Part shown: in pieces, positions 46,691 through 58,421 of the stretch
Layout: the number at the start of each line of letters is the position of its first letter
Numbering within the stretch: position 1 is the first letter of the stretch
Assembly: GCA_963695535.1 (NCBI GenBank)
Contig: CAVOGT010000010.1
Coordinates: forward strand, 58,738 to 122,737
Source of the DNA: an uncultured Chloroflexia bacterium
Lineage (GTDB): Bacteria; Chloroflexota; Anaerolineae; Promineifilales; Promineifilaceae
Direction: 5' to 3'
Length of the DNA: 64,000 bases
Notes under the pieces: model-generated
Databases searched by the model: none
What the model was told of the DNA's origin: nothing
What the model saw: the letters and a program-made list of their open reading frames with translations, nothing else
Program-made: the position numbers and the translations under genes

Positions 46691-48898
46691 ATGAGCATCA
46701 CCAAGGCAACAACTACGCGAACCACGATTGCCGAAGAACTGCGACCCCGAACGGCCGCTCGCAGCCTCATGGCGGGCCTCTTGCTGTTCGTGCTCGAATT
46801 CGTCCTGATTGCTTCCTTCGCCGCCCTCGTCTATAAGGGTGTTGCCCCGGATGAACTGGCCCAGGGCATTGGCCTGTTGGTAGTGGGTGATGCAATCTTG
46901 GTTGCGGTCGTGGCTCTCCTCAGTGCCTATCGCGGCACGATTGCCATCGGCCAGGACATCCCGGCGGCAGTGCTGGGCATCTCGGCCGTCTCCGTCGCCA
47001 GTGTGACCGCCGCCGGCGCAGCGTCCGGTGCCACCTTCCCCACCGTCGTCGTCATGGTCGCCCTGACGACCTTAATGGCGGGTGTGGTGTTCATCGTGCT
47101 GGGCGCCTTCAAACTGGGCAATCTCATTCGCTTTCTCCCATATCCGGTGATGGGCGGCTTCCTGGCCGGGACAGGCTACCTGCTGGTGCAGGGCGGCATT
47201 GGCATCATGACCGATAGCGGCGGGTTGGCGCTGTTCAGCCCGGATGCACTCATGCGCTGGCTGCCCGCGCTGGCGCTGGCGCTGGCCTTGTTCTTCACCG
47301 CCCGTCGCTTCGATAACCCGCTGTGGCTGCCGGTGGTCGTTGTTGTGGCATCGCTGTTGTTCTTTCTGGTTGCCTGGTTGCTCGGCGCCTCTCTGGCGAC
47401 GCTTTCGGCCGGTGGCTGGTTGGTCGGCGGATTGCCGGAGGCAGGGCTGTGGCGCTTCCCGTTATCCCCGGACCTGCTGGCCCAGGTCAATTGGCCGGCC
47501 ATCGCGAGTCAGATCCCGATTCTCGTGCCTATGATCTTCATTAGCGCCATCGGTCTGCTGCTCAATGCCAATGGCCTGGAACTGATCCTAAAGCGTGATC
47601 TCAACCTGAATCACGAGCTGGCCATCACCGGCGTCGCCAATTTGCTCAGCGGGCTGGGCGGCGGCATCGTGGGCTATCATGCGATTAGCACCTCCAGCCT
47701 CAACCACTCGCTAACGACCAACCGGCGCCTGCCGGGTCTGGTGTTGAGCGTGCTGCTGGTGGCGACCATTTTTCTGGGCGCCCCCCTGGTTGGCTACATC
47801 CCCAAGTTGGTGCTGGGTGGGTTAGTGATGTTTGTCGGTCTGCTGCTGTTGGCGGATTGGGTCTATGACGCCTGGTTCAAGTTCCCCCACATTGACTTTG
47901 CGATCATCATGCTCATTTTGGTGACCATTGCCTGGCAGGGTTTTCTCGTAGGGGTGCTGGTGGGCTTCGTCGCAGCCCTGATTATGTTTGTCATCAACTA
48001 CAGTCGAACGGACGTTGTGCGTCATGCGCTGTCCGGAGCAGACTACCGCAGCCGTGTGACCCGTAGCCCAGCCTCGCGTGAAGCATTGACCGAATTGTGC
48101 CAGCAAATCTATATCCTGCGGCTGCAAGGCTTCATCTTCTTCGGCACGGCCAACACGCTGTTCGAAACCGTGCGTCGGCAGGCGCAATCCGGCCAGACAC
48201 GATATGTCATGCTCGATTTCGCCAATGTCAACGGGCTGGACAGCACCGGGCTGCTCAGCTTTCAGAAGATGCGCCAATTGGCTGACGATGAAGGCATCTC
48301 CCTGGTCTTTACCGGCCTGTCCCCAGCCCTCCGGGAGCAGATGGCGCGCGGAGGGTATATCGAGGAGCCAGGCCTCATTGTCTTTTTCGACACGCTGGAT
48401 CACGGCGTGGAGTGGTGTGAGGATGAACTATTGGCCCAACGTGCCGGCCGGGTCGAGCATTTCGACACCCTGGAAAGCCAACTTCAATACATCCTGCCGG
48501 TCGAGGCCACGAACCGTATTATCCCCTATCTACTGCGTCAAGAAACTTCCGCGGGCGACAAACTGATCAGTCAGGGTGATGCACCGGACGTCATGTATTT
48601 CATTGAGTCGGGCCAGGTGACAGCGCAACTGGAGAGCAGGGACATACCGCCCATGCGATTGGAAACCATGCAGGGCGGTCGGGTTGTAGGCGAATTGGGC
48701 TTCTACCTGAATACCCCTCGGACCGCGGCCGTTGTTGTCGATGAAGCGGGGGTGGTCTACAGTCTCTCCCGCGAGAGTCTGGCGCGGCTAACCGCGGAAG
48801 ACCCCGCGGCCGCCAACGCTTTGCAGCAGATCATCATTCGACTTCTCGGCGAGCGACTCGTTCATCTGACACGCTCATTCCAGGCGATGCACGATTAG
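46691..48898 (+). CDS. SulP anion transporter with STAS and cNMP-binding domains
   Basis: RFLPYPVMGGFLAG; LQGFIFFGTA..LDSTG STAS; GELGFY..RTA cNMP domain. Confidence 0.9.
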   Translation: MSITKATTTRTTIAEELRPRTAARSLMAGLLLFVLEFVLIASFAALVYKGVAPDELAQGIGLLVVGDAILVAVVALLSAYRGTIAIGQDIPAAVLGISAVSVASVTAAGAASGATFPTVVVMVALTTLMAGVVFIVLGAFKLGNLIRFLPYPVMGGFLAGTGYLLVQGGIGIMTDSGGLALFSPDALMRWLPALALALALFFTARRFDNPLWLPVVVVVASLLFFLVAWLLGASLATLSAGGWLVGGLPEAGLWRFPLSPDLLAQVNWPAIASQIPILVPMIFISAIGLLLNANGLELILKRDLNLNHELAITGVANLLSGLGGGIVGYHAISTSSLNHSLTTNRRLPGLVLSVLLVATIFLGAPLVGYIPKLVLGGLVMFVGLLLLADWVYDAWFKFPHIDFAIIMLILVTIAWQGFLVGVLVGFVAALIMFVINYSRTDVVRHALSGADYRSRVTRSPASREALTELCQQIYILRLQGFIFFGTANTLFETVRRQAQSGQTRYVMLDFANVNGLDSTGLLSFQKMRQLADDEGISLVFTGLSPALREQMARGGYIEEPGLIVFFDTLDHGVEWCEDELLAQRAGRVEHFDTLESQLQYILPVEATNRIIPYLLRQETSAGDKLISQGDAPDVMYFIESGQVTAQLESRDIPPMRLETMQGGRVVGELGFYLNTPRTAAVVVDEAGVVYSLSRESLARLTAEDPAAANALQQIIIRLLGERLVHLTRSFQAMHD

Positions 48899-48925
48899 CG
48901 CTTACCTGTTTGGCGCTGCGGCGCC

Positions 48926-49910
48926 TCAATCCCCGTAAACGGCAAGATTCGCGCAATGGGGCAAGCGCTCGCCTGCGAGCCCAGCAACAACGTTGGCCAC
49001 GGCCAGCTCGGCCATGCGCCGGCGCGTGATGAGTGGCCGATCCAATGTGGGGCACGATCAGACAGTTGTCCAGCGTGTAGAGCGGGTCACTCAGGCGGCA
49101 GCGGCTCCGGGTCGGTGACATCCAGCCCGGCGGCGGCAATCCACCCTTCGGACAGGGCATGGTAGAGCGCGGCCGAATCGACCACCGGGCCACGGGCCGC
49201 ATTGATCAGGATGGCCGTGGGTTTCATCAGGCGCAGCGCGGCTTCGTCAATCATGCCGCGTGTCTCGGCCGTCAGCGGCATGTGGAGCGACACAAAGTCG
49301 CTCTGCGCCAGAAGTTCATCCAGCGGTACATGACGAATACCCAATCGAGCCTCACTGTCCGGCCGGGCAGCAGGCCCGGCGTGCAGCAGTTTCAGCCCAA
49401 AGGCTGCCGCTCGCTCGGCCACGGCCGTCCCGATTTGCCCCAGCCCCACAATGCCCAGCGTCGCGCCGTTGAGATCAGCACCCAACCAGCCGGTAGGTGA
49501 CCATGTGGTCCAGCGGCCATCTCGCGCGTCCTGGCCGGCCTGCGGCAGACGGCGGGCCGCGGCCAGTAGGAGAGCCAGCGTCAGGTCGGCCGTGCTCTCG
49601 GTCAGCACGCCGGGCGTGTGCCCGACCGGGATGCCGCGCCGCGTACAGGCGTTGAGGTCAATGTTGTCCACGCCGACAGCCATATTGCTGACGACTTTGA
49701 GGTGGGGGGCGTCGTGAGCAGAGCCTCGTCGACCTTGACCGTCAACATCGTCAGCAGGCCCTCGGCGTCGCCCAGGCGTTGGCGCAGCTCATCGCTGAGA
49801 CGATTATTGTCCTCGATATCGGGGCCGATAAGCAGCTCGCAATGACTATCAAAGCCAGTGATCCAGTCCGGCGGGAGGGTATGGGTGAGGATTACCAGTG
49901 GTTGTTTCAT
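48926..49910 (-). CDS. D-glycerate dehydrogenase/glyoxylate reductase (frameshifted)
   Basis: AVGVDNID, TPGVLT, GIVGLGQIG, INAARG, LDVTDPEP, PHIGSAT. Confidence 0.88.
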
Positions 49911-50183
49911 AGGAGAGCCATTATCCGATTTAGGGCCCGATTGGGCCATCATGTGACGTGGGCTGCCAGTGTTTGTCAGCATCCCGGTGTTGTAGCGCAA
50001 ACATCTTGTCTGCGGCCTAGTCACCCACAATGATTGTTTACGGGGATAACTGCGACCTATGCCGCTGATGAGCGCGCAGTACACGCGGTCAAATCACCTT
50101 GGCCGATTCTGCCTGAGAGGAGTCGGCTATTGGAACAGTGACGAGGGTAATCCGATCCACGCTGAGCTGAGGATCAATCTGCA

Positions 50184-50223
50184 CCTGGTCGGTACCCGCC
50201 ACTGTGTGACGGGTGCCGACCAG
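50184..50223. repeat. Long GC-rich inverted repeat (terminator/REP-like)
   Basis: CCTGGTCGGTACCCGCCAC...GTGACGGGTGCCGACCAGG. Confidence 0.5.
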
Positions 50224-50309
50224 GGTACGTTGTCATAGCGATCAAGACACCGCGCGCCTTTCAGCGAGGCGCTGGGTCGAGGCGGCGGGTCCTGCTGACT
50301 GGATAAAGC

Positions 50310-50615
50310 CTAATAGCCTTCGTATCCGGGAAGACGCTTGCGACCCAATCCACCGGTGTAGGACATAATGTCAAAAAACAGCATCAAGCCCAACCACAGC
50401 CAATCCCAGCCCACGACGCCGCCCGGCGCGACGATAATGTACATCAGCGTGGTCCAGGGCAGGAAGATGATGCCGAGAATCGGCCATATCCACCACAGGG
50501 TTCCACCCAGGAAGTCGTTGAAGGCCAACTGCCACCGACCCGGCTGGAAAATCCACCAGAAGATACCGAAAAATCTTGGGCCCGCGAGAACGAGCGCGAG
50601 AAGTGCACAACACAT
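50310..50615 (-). CDS. Small Trp-rich membrane protein
   Basis: MCCALLALVLAGPR; ILGIIFLPWTTLMY; GGAG RBS. Confidence 0.75.
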   Translation of the reverse strand: MCCALLALVLAGPRFFGIFWWIFQPGRWQLAFNDFLGGTLWWIWPILGIIFLPWTTLMYIIVAPGGVVGWDWLWLGLMLFFDIMSYTGGLGRKRLPGYEGY

Positions 50616-50772
50616 AGTCAACTCTCCTTTGACAAGGCAGCCACCTTAACTACGGGGCTGCTCACCTTAAGTGTTCCAGTTGTCTCGCAATCACATTGCC
50701 GCTCTATTAGCTCGGTGACGGCCAGGGACATTAGCCGTCTGAACCGTCACCGAGCCACGGGGGCGACCATGT

Positions 50773-51066
50773 CTAGCCGAGCAGCAAAGCCTTCTGCGCG
50801 GCAAACTCTTCGTCTGTCAAGAGACCCTGTGAATAGAGCGCTCCCAGGCGCTCCAGCTGGGCAATCGGGTCATCCTCGCCGACTGGCACCTGATCCGTTA
50901 TTACCGGCGGCGCGGCCGCCGCAGGCACAACATTGGCCGTCGTCATCGCCTCCGAGTACGCGGCGGCGTTCTTGTTCGCCTGGCGCCGATTGACAGCGCC
51001 ACGGGTCGCGGTTGCCGTTCCAACAACGGCCGCCGTTCTGGCCATTCCTCTCATTAATCCTGGCAT
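50773..51066 (-). CDS. SHOCT-domain protein
   Basis: MPGLMRGMARTAAVVGTATA; C-terminal LERLGALYSQGLLTDEEFAAQKALLL. Confidence 0.85.
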   Translation of the reverse strand: MPGLMRGMARTAAVVGTATATRGAVNRRQANKNAAAYSEAMTTANVVPAAAAPPVITDQVPVGEDDPIAQLERLGALYSQGLLTDEEFAAQKALLLG

Positions 51067-51091
51067 TCTTCTATATCTCCTACTTCTAAGA

Positions 51092-51523
51092 CTAACTATT
51101 TGTTTCAAGTGAGGCAAATGCCTCGTCCACGACGGGAGCGGGTACGCGGTAGTTGAAGGCCACCTGGACTCCACTGGCGTCCAGTACCCTGACCAGGTCC
51201 ACGGCCCAGGTGTGTTCGATGGCCAACGCAATCACGGCTGATCCGGGAACCATTCCCGTCCACAGCGTTTCTGCGTCTTCATCATCAAACAACCCCTGTG
51301 AGTCAACGTTGACGAATTTCAGGGCTGCCTGGTCTGCCGGTGACAGATTATCGGGATCGAGCCGAAAGCATTCCCCGGTATCCGACTTAAACAGAACCAT
51401 GACGTCCAATACCTGAATTGTTCCCTTGGCCGTCTGGCGCTTCAATTCTTCCAGGATGCTACCGTCAAAGTGCGGTGCCCCGATTGCTAGTACCACTACA
51501 TCAACTGGTCCACGATCGATCAT
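51092..51523 (-). CDS. DUF6325-like protein
   Basis: GPVDVVV, GTIQVLD, PGSAVIALAIEHTWA. Confidence 0.75.
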   Translation of the reverse strand: MIDRGPVDVVVLAIGAPHFDGSILEELKRQTAKGTIQVLDVMVLFKSDTGECFRLDPDNLSPADQAALKFVNVDSQGLFDDEDAETLWTGMVPGSAVIALAIEHTWAVDLVRVLDASGVQVAFNYRVPAPVVDEAFASLETNS

Positions 51524-51706
51524 CTTTTCTTACCTCCGCTAGGCTAGACTTCCATTGTTTCATTCCCGGACAGACGGCCGCACCATTTCGTTGTCGACTC
51601 AATCCGTCCATAACCGCTGTTGGCCTGATTCCGACACATGAAGCAAGCTGTTGCCTCATCAATCAGTCCCATTATTGCATAACCGATGGTGGTCGTAGTC
51701 ACTTAC

Positions 51707-52087
51707 TTACCGGTCAGGACTACCGTTCACCGGCGTCTCGTATTCGACGAAATCGATGGATGAACCATCGCCGTCAACATCAGGAGCCAATGACGACACC
51801 GCGTTGCCTGGAGCCATTTCCCTTTGGAGACGCCGGGTTACTTCCCGACGCAGGAAGATGGGTACAAAGGTCTGTATCCGGGCGTCATCGTATGCCGGGG
51901 CCACCTCGTCAAGCATGATTTCAATCTCACAACGTGGCACCCTACCGTCCAGGTCTTTCCAAATCTGTTCGATGAGCACCTCGTTGCGTCGCAAGGCGTC
52001 TTCACGAATCGACTCATCTTCTATCGGACGCCGGTAGGGCTCTTCCGTTGAGTGCCAGGTGGCCGGGTCCTCTTTAGATTTGTACAT
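51707..52087 (-). CDS. Small helical DUF3562-like protein
   Basis: YDDARIQTFVPIFLRR motif. Confidence 0.6.
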   Translation of the reverse strand: MYKSKEDPATWHSTEEPYRRPIEDESIREDALRRNEVLIEQIWKDLDGRVPRCEIEIMLDEVAPAYDDARIQTFVPIFLRREVTRRLQREMAPGNAVSSLAPDVDGDGSSIDFVEYETPVNGSPDR

Positions 52088-52186
52088 TGTCAACTGTCTT
52101 CCAACTTGCCCAGTAATCGGACATCCGAACTTCAGGGCGTATGGCGCCTGGCATTCTGCCAGGCGCCAATAAACCTACTATACGAA

Positions 52187-55008
52187 TCAATCGCCGGATG
52201 CCGGCAGCGGCTTGGCTGCGGCCGGGGCGGCCGATTCCTTGCGGCGACGCAAGAAGACCTTGATGACCTCATCGACCAACAGCAGCACAAAGGCAAACCC
52301 AAAACAGATTAGCCACTGTTCCAGTGTCAGCGAATCGAAGTTCAGGACGTTCTGCAGGAACCCCAGCACCGTCGGCAAGAGAACCAGCAAGAGCGCCAGT
52401 CCGTAGAGCATCAACTGGCTGCGATCATGAAAGATGTCGCGGTTGAAGGCGCTGGCCGTTTCACTGCGCGAGCTGAGTGCAACGGAGATGTTGAGCAGCG
52501 AAAAGACAACAAAGCCCATGGTCGCCGCCAGGGTGACACTGGTGGGTTCGTAGCGCGCTTCCAGGAAGAGGGTGAACACCGCCATCAGGAGGCCGATGAA
52601 GATGATGCGCAGCCACTGCGACCGCGACAGAATCGGTTGATTCAGCGGTCGCGGTTTGCGTTCCATCAAGTCATTGGCCGGTTTGTCAAAGCCCAGAGCA
52701 ATGGCAATGGGCACTTGAACGGCGAAGTTAATCCACAGAATCTGCAACGGGGCGAACGGTATGCCGCCGAGGATGAAGAAGATCGCCGCGCCCAGGAACG
52801 TGGCGATGAACGCCACCAGGGCTGTCATCTGGAAGCGGATGAAGTGGGACAGGTTATCATAGATCGCCCGGCCATATTCAACCGCCTTCACGATGGTAGC
52901 GAAGTTGTCATCGGTCAGGATCATCACGGCCGCGCCCTTGGAGACTTCGGTGCCGGTGATGCCCATCGCAACGCCGATATCGGCCTTCTTCAGGGCCGGC
53001 GCATCGTTCACGCCGTCGCCGGTCATGGCGACGATGTTCTCTTGCTCCTGCAGCAGCCGCACCAGCCGGATCTTGTCTTCCGGCGCCACGCGGGCCACGA
53101 CGCCGATGTTGGGCAGCCGCTTCATCAGTTCTTCGTCGCTCATGGCCGCGAACTCAGCGCCCGTGAGCGCTTCGCCTTCGATGCCCAGCTCATGACCGAT
53201 GGCTGCGGCCGTAACAGCGTGATCACCTGTGATCATCCGGACCTGGATGCCCGCGCTATGGCACTTGGCGATGGCGTCCTTGGCCTCGCTTCGCGGCGGG
53301 TCCACAATGCCGACCATGGCCAGCAGGGTCAGATCGTGCATGTCATCGATCAGGTTGGCTGTCGGATCGAACGTCTTCGGATCGAAGTCACGACGGGCCA
53401 CGACCATGACGCGCTCACCGGCTGCGGCAATGCGCTCATTCTCGGCCAGCGCCAACTGCACGTTCTCATCAGTCACCTGGCGCGTTGCTTCGCCGGGCAT
53501 CCAATAGGAACCGGAGCGGGCGATCAGGACATCCGGCGCACCCTTCACGAAGGCGCGGACCACTTCCTTGCCCTGTTCGTCCACCATGTTGTGGAAAGTC
53601 GCCATGAACTTGTAGTCAGAGTCGAAGGGTACTTCAGCGACGCGCGGATACATCTCGCGCGCACCTTCCACACTGATGCCACCCTTCTCGGCGAGAACGA
53701 TCAGCGCGCCTTCTGTCGGGTCGCCAATGAGCATTGCCCCATCCAAACGGGCGTCGGCGCACAGGGCCATGGGCAGCAGAATCTGATTGAGATCAACATT
53801 GGCGCCGCCGGCGCTCAGCAATTTGCCGTCCGTGCTATACGCCAGACGTTGATTTCTGCCAGGGTTCCAGCCCGACAACTCCCTCAGCAAGCGCCATGGT
53901 CCCTTCGATACCATACCCTTCGCCGGTGACGGTGAAACGATTCTGGCCGGGAACGGTGAACTCACGGGCCGTCATCTTGTTCAGGGTCAAGGTGCCGGTC
54001 TTGTCCGAGCAAATGGCTGAGACCGAGCCGAGCGTTTCCACGGACGGCAGGCGCTTCACGATGGCATTCATGTCCGCCAGCTTGCGCGTGCCCATGGAAT
54101 ACATGGTCGTCACAACGGCCGGCATACCGGTCGGAATGGCCGAGATGGCCAGGGCGACACCGGCAATGAAGATCTCATTGAAGGGTTGGCCATTGAGGTA
54201 ACCCAGGATGAGCATCAGCAAGAAGGCGATACCGGCGATACCGGCAATGATCTTGGTCAGATGGTCCAGCTGCTTCTGCAGCGGCGTCTTGTCGGTCTCG
54301 GTCTTGTTGAGCAAATCGGCAATGTTGCCCATCTGCGTCGCCATACCCGTGGCCGTGACCATGAACTCGCCGCGACCGCGTGTCACCGACGTATTCATAA
54401 AAGCCATGTTCGCCTGGTCGCCCAGAGGCCACTTCGTCTTTCTCGATGACGTCGGTGTCTTTGGGCGACGCCACACTCTCGCCGGTTAGAGCAGCCTCTT
54501 CGATTTCCAGCGTGGCCGCCACGAACAGGCGACCATCGGCGGGAACACGGTTGCCGGCCTCCATGAGCACCACGTCGCCCGGCACCAGTTCGCCGGCTTC
54601 GATCTCAATGGCCTGACCGTCGCGGCGCACGCGGGCGATATCTTTCATCGTCTTGGCCAGGGCAGCCAGGCTGGCCTCAGCCTTGGATTCGCCGCGCAAG
54701 CCCAGGACCGCGTTAAAGATCGTCAGGCCGATGAGCACGATTGTCGTGCCCCATTCGCGGGTAAAAATAAAGCTCACGGCCGCGGCCACCAGCAAGATGA
54801 TCTGCATGAGATCTTTATACTGGCGCAGGAATGCCTGCAGGCCCGTTTCTTTCTTACCTGCGGCCAGGACGTTGGGGCCATATTGCTGCAATCGCTGCTG
54901 CGCTTCGGCCGCACTCAAGCCCTTGGCCGGATTGACCTCGAGCTTTGCCGCGACCTCCTCAGCGGTCAGCGCATACCAAGTTGTGTCTGTGGATGTTGCG
55001 TTAGACAT
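52187..55008 (-). CDS. Cation-translocating P-type ATPase (type IIA-like); frameshift near 54425 and 76-nt insertion at 53837-53912
   Basis: LTGES, IPTGMP, CSDKTGTLT, GDPTEGAL, KGAPD, MITGD, MTGDGVNDAPALK. Confidence 0.92.
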
Positions 55009-55025
55009 TGTTCATCACCTTCAAG

Positions 55026-55919
55026 CTAATAGATGCTCGGAACGCGCCGATAGGCGTAGTCCGGCTCAACATAGTCGCCCTTTGCTTGTCGCCGCGGGAA
55101 CTTGATCGGTTCGCGCGGAACTTCCTCATAGGGAATAGCACTGAGGAGATGGCTGATACAGTTCAGCCGGCCCCGCCGTTGATCGTTGGAGTCAACAACA
55201 TACCACGGAGCGTCGTTTGTGTCCGTGGCCAGGAACATGTCATCGCGCGCGCGGGAATAGTCATACCAGCGGCGCTGCGCTTCCAAGTCCATGGGGCTGA
55301 GTTTCCATATCTTCTGGTAGTCCTCATTGCGTTCCTGGAACCGTTTGGCCTGATTCTCCATGCTGACGTCGAGCCAGTACTTGATGAGGATAATGCCGGA
55401 ATCGACGATGGCCTTCTCGACGAAGGGGGTCAGCTTCAGGAACTTCTCCACCTGTTCCGGTGTGGCGAAGCCCATCACCCGCTCGACACCGGCGCGGTTG
55501 TACCAACTACGATCAAAGAGCACGACCTCACCAGCCGCCGGTAGGTGCGGCATATAGCGCTGGAAGTACATCTGTGACTTCTCGCGCTCGGTCGGCGCGG
55601 ACAGCGCCACTGTGCGAAAGACACGCGGACTCGTCCGTTCGGTGATGCGCTTGATCACGCCACCCTTGCCGGCCGTGTCGCGACCCTCAAAGATAACGCA
55701 GACCTTGGCGCCACTGGCCTTGACCCACTCCTGAAGCTTGACAAGCTCAGTCTGCAGTGGCTCTAGTTCCGCCTCAAACTCCTTGCGCTTCATCTTCGGT
55801 TTGGGTTCCGTGGATACAAGCGCTTCGTCCAGGTTGGGCGGCGCGACATTCACCTCTACCAGAACGTCTTGCGTCTTGGCCTGGTTCTTCTGTTTCTTCT
55901 TGCTTTTCTTCTTTGACAT
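55026..55919 (-). CDS. ppk2: Polyphosphate kinase 2
   Basis: FEGRDTAGKGG, FDRSWYNRAGVERVMGF, WKLSPMD. Confidence 0.95.
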   Translation of the reverse strand: MSKKKSKKKQKNQAKTQDVLVEVNVAPPNLDEALVSTEPKPKMKRKEFEAELEPLQTELVKLQEWVKASGAKVCVIFEGRDTAGKGGVIKRITERTSPRVFRTVALSAPTEREKSQMYFQRYMPHLPAAGEVVLFDRSWYNRAGVERVMGFATPEQVEKFLKLTPFVEKAIVDSGIILIKYWLDVSMENQAKRFQERNEDYQKIWKLSPMDLEAQRRWYDYSRARDDMFLATDTNDAPWYVVDSNDQRRGRLNCISHLLSAIPYEEVPREPIKFPRRQAKGDYVEPDYAYRRVPSIY

Positions 55920-56144
55920 TTCTCTCTCCAGATACGATTTGTAGCTCATTTATCAACTTACTTCCGATCTACTTTCTACGGCCGTGCGCCGGGACGATAC
56001 CCGGTCGCATGGCACTGTGGACATTGCCATGTCTTGCGTTGTCCAGGGCGGGCCAACCAGAGACCGTCACCTCCACCATTGCCTAAGGAACTGTTGTCGC
56101 CATATACCATTCTTCTCCCTTTCGCCACAGACGACTAGTCACTC

Positions 56145-57416
56145 CTAGATACCGTCGCGCAGAACGGGGCAGGTCATGCAGTGACCGCCACCGCGCCCCT
56201 TGCCCAGTTCAAAGCCGGCGATCTCCAGCACTTCAATGCCGGCTTGGCGCATCTTGGCTATCGTATAGGTATTGCGCTCGTAGGCGACGATCACACCAGG
56301 CTCCAGCGCCACGGTATTGTTGGCGTCGTCCCATTGCTCGCGCTCCATCTGGTATTCATCACCGCCGGTTTCCACAACCGTCAGCTTGTCTACCTTGAGT
56401 GCGTCGGCAACGGCCGAGATGAAGTTTTTCTCGACGGTCACATGGAAGTCGCCTTCCTTCTTGCCGGGGCGCAGGCTGACGCAGCGAATGTTGTTGACAA
56501 CCGCGGGGTAAGCGGTGGCGACGTCGCGATCGAGCAGAGTGAACACCGTGTCCAGATGCATGTGGGCGCGATCCTTGGTCATGATGGCCACAATCACGCG
56601 GTCAACTGCACCCTTGGCAAACAGTTCTTTGGCCACCAACTCAATCATCCGGCCCGATGTCCGCTCGCTCATACCGATGGCGACCGCTCCGTTGCCGATC
56701 GGCTGAACGTCGCCGCCTTCCAACGAGGCGCGACCAAAATCCTGGATATCGAACCCTTCGACACCCTGTTGGGGATACCAGAAATTGAAGTCGGCCGCCT
56801 GGAATATGGGATGATACCGATAGATAGTCAGCATGTTCAGGGCTTCACGGCGGCGCGCCGGCCAGTACATGGGATTAACCGTAACCCCGTTGTAGATCCA
56901 GCAGGACGGATCGCGCTGGAAAAGGGAGTTGGGCACGGGCGGGATGATGAAGTAGCCGTCATCATCAACGGCCGCCGCGCCCAGGGAGATCGCCCGGTAT
57001 TTCGCCAGATCGAACCCCATCTGTTCCAGTTCGCCCATCGTCAGGCCGCCGACGACGTGTTTGGCCAATGTGTCCGGCTTCATCTGCCACATGAAGTCAC
57101 GCACTTCGTCGACCAGCGACCAGCCCACGGTGTACTCCGAAGCCACCATATCGATCAGGTTGCGGCGGCCTTCGTCAGACGCAGCCAGCGCCTCGGCCAG
57201 CATCTCGACATGGATGTATACCTCGATGCCGCGATCGCGCATGAGCTTGACGAATTGATCGTGTTCCCATTGGGCGCGTTCCACCCAGAGCACATCATCA
57301 AACAACAGTTCGTCGTGATTATTGGGGGTCAGCCGCTGGAGGTCGAGCCCCGGGCGGTGAACCATGACTTTGCGAAGTTTTCCGACTTCAGAATTAACGC
57401 CTGTTTGAGTATTCAT
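56145..57416 (-). CDS. arcA: Arginine deiminase
   Basis: [36 protein letters not shown]. Confidence 0.96.
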   Translation of the reverse strand: MNTQTGVNSEVGKLRKVMVHRPGLDLQRLTPNNHDELLFDDVLWVERAQWEHDQFVKLMRDRGIEVYIHVEMLAEALAASDEGRRNLIDMVASEYTVGWSLVDEVRDFMWQMKPDTLAKHVVGGLTMGELEQMGFDLAKYRAISLGAAAVDDDGYFIIPPVPNSLFQRDPSCWIYNGVTVNPMYWPARRREALNMLTIYRYHPIFQAADFNFWYPQQGVEGFDIQDFGRASLEGGDVQPIGNGAVAIGMSERTSGRMIELVAKELFAKGAVDRVIVAIMTKDRAHMHLDTVFTLLDRDVATAYPAVVNNIRCVSLRPGKKEGDFHVTVEKNFISAVADALKVDKLTVVETGGDEYQMEREQWDDANNTVALEPGVIVAYERNTYTIAKMRQAGIEVLEIAGFELGKGRGGGHCMTCPVLRDGI

Positions 57417-57500
57417 AGCTTTCTCCACATTTAGTTCTGCAAATAACTTGGTGATTTCACCATCTGTTCAATCGCGAGTTGGAGCGGGGCGATCCCGTCC

Positions 57501-58421
57501 CTACCCCTTGTTTCCAACAATATTCGTGCCGGCTGTGCCGGCCACAATCTGCTCAATATCAGCCAGGCTGCCAATGGCTGCCCGCTTGCCGGTCTGCCGC
57601 ACAAAGTCGATGGCCGCCTCAACCTTGGGGCCCATCGAACCGGCCACGAAATCATACTGCGCCAGATCGTCGGCCGAGATGGTCTCGATACGGCGCTGAT
57701 CAGGCGTGCCCCAGTCAAGGTAGACGCCGTCCACGTCCGTGGCCATGATGTACAGATCGGCGTCAATGTCGCGCGCCAGGAGCGCGGTCGCCCGGTCCTT
57801 GTCAATGACCGCTTCCACGCCGATGAGCGTGCGTTTGTTCTGCGGATCGTACATCGTCGGAATGCCGCCGCCGCCGGCGCAGATGACCACGGTGCCGTGT
57901 TCGAGCAACAACCGGATCGGCCGTTCCTCGAAGATGCGCTTCGGCAATGGTGAGGGCACCACGCGCCGCCACTTGTTGCCGTCCGGCTTGACGGTCCAGC
58001 CCTTTTCGGCCGCCAGTTTATCAGCGACTTCCTTCTCGTAGACCGGGCCGACGAATTTCGTCGGGTCCTGGAAGGCCGGATCATCCGGGTCCACTTCCAC
58101 CATCGTCAGGATCGTGGCGAACGGCACCTCGAAGGGCAGCAAATTGCCCAGCTCCTGCTCGATCATATAGCCGATCATGCCCTGGGTTTGTGCGCCCAGT
58201 ACATCCAGCGGATAGGCCTCGACTTCTTTGTAGGCGTCGGCCTGCAGCGCCAACAAGCCAACCTGCGGCCCGTTGCCGTGCGAAAGAACCAGTTCATGCT
58301 CAATGGCTACGGGTGCCAGAGCTTTGGCGGCCGTCCGCGTGTTGTGCCGCTGCACGTCAGCGGTCATCGGTTCACCGCGCTGTAATAGGGCGTTGCCGCC
58401 CAATGCCACAACGACTCTCAT
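57501..58421 (-). CDS. arcC: Carbamate kinase
   Basis: [37 protein letters not shown]. Confidence 0.96.
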   Translation of the reverse strand: MRVVVALGGNALLQRGEPMTADVQRHNTRTAAKALAPVAIEHELVLSHGNGPQVGLLALQADAYKEVEAYPLDVLGAQTQGMIGYMIEQELGNLLPFEVPFATILTMVEVDPDDPAFQDPTKFVGPVYEKEVADKLAAEKGWTVKPDGNKWRRVVPSPLPKRIFEERPIRLLLEHGTVVICAGGGGIPTMYDPQNKRTLIGVEAVIDKDRATALLARDIDADLYIMATDVDGVYLDWGTPDQRRIETISADDLAQYDFVAGSMGPKVEAAIDFVRQTGKRAAIGSLADIEQIVAGTAGTNIVGNKG

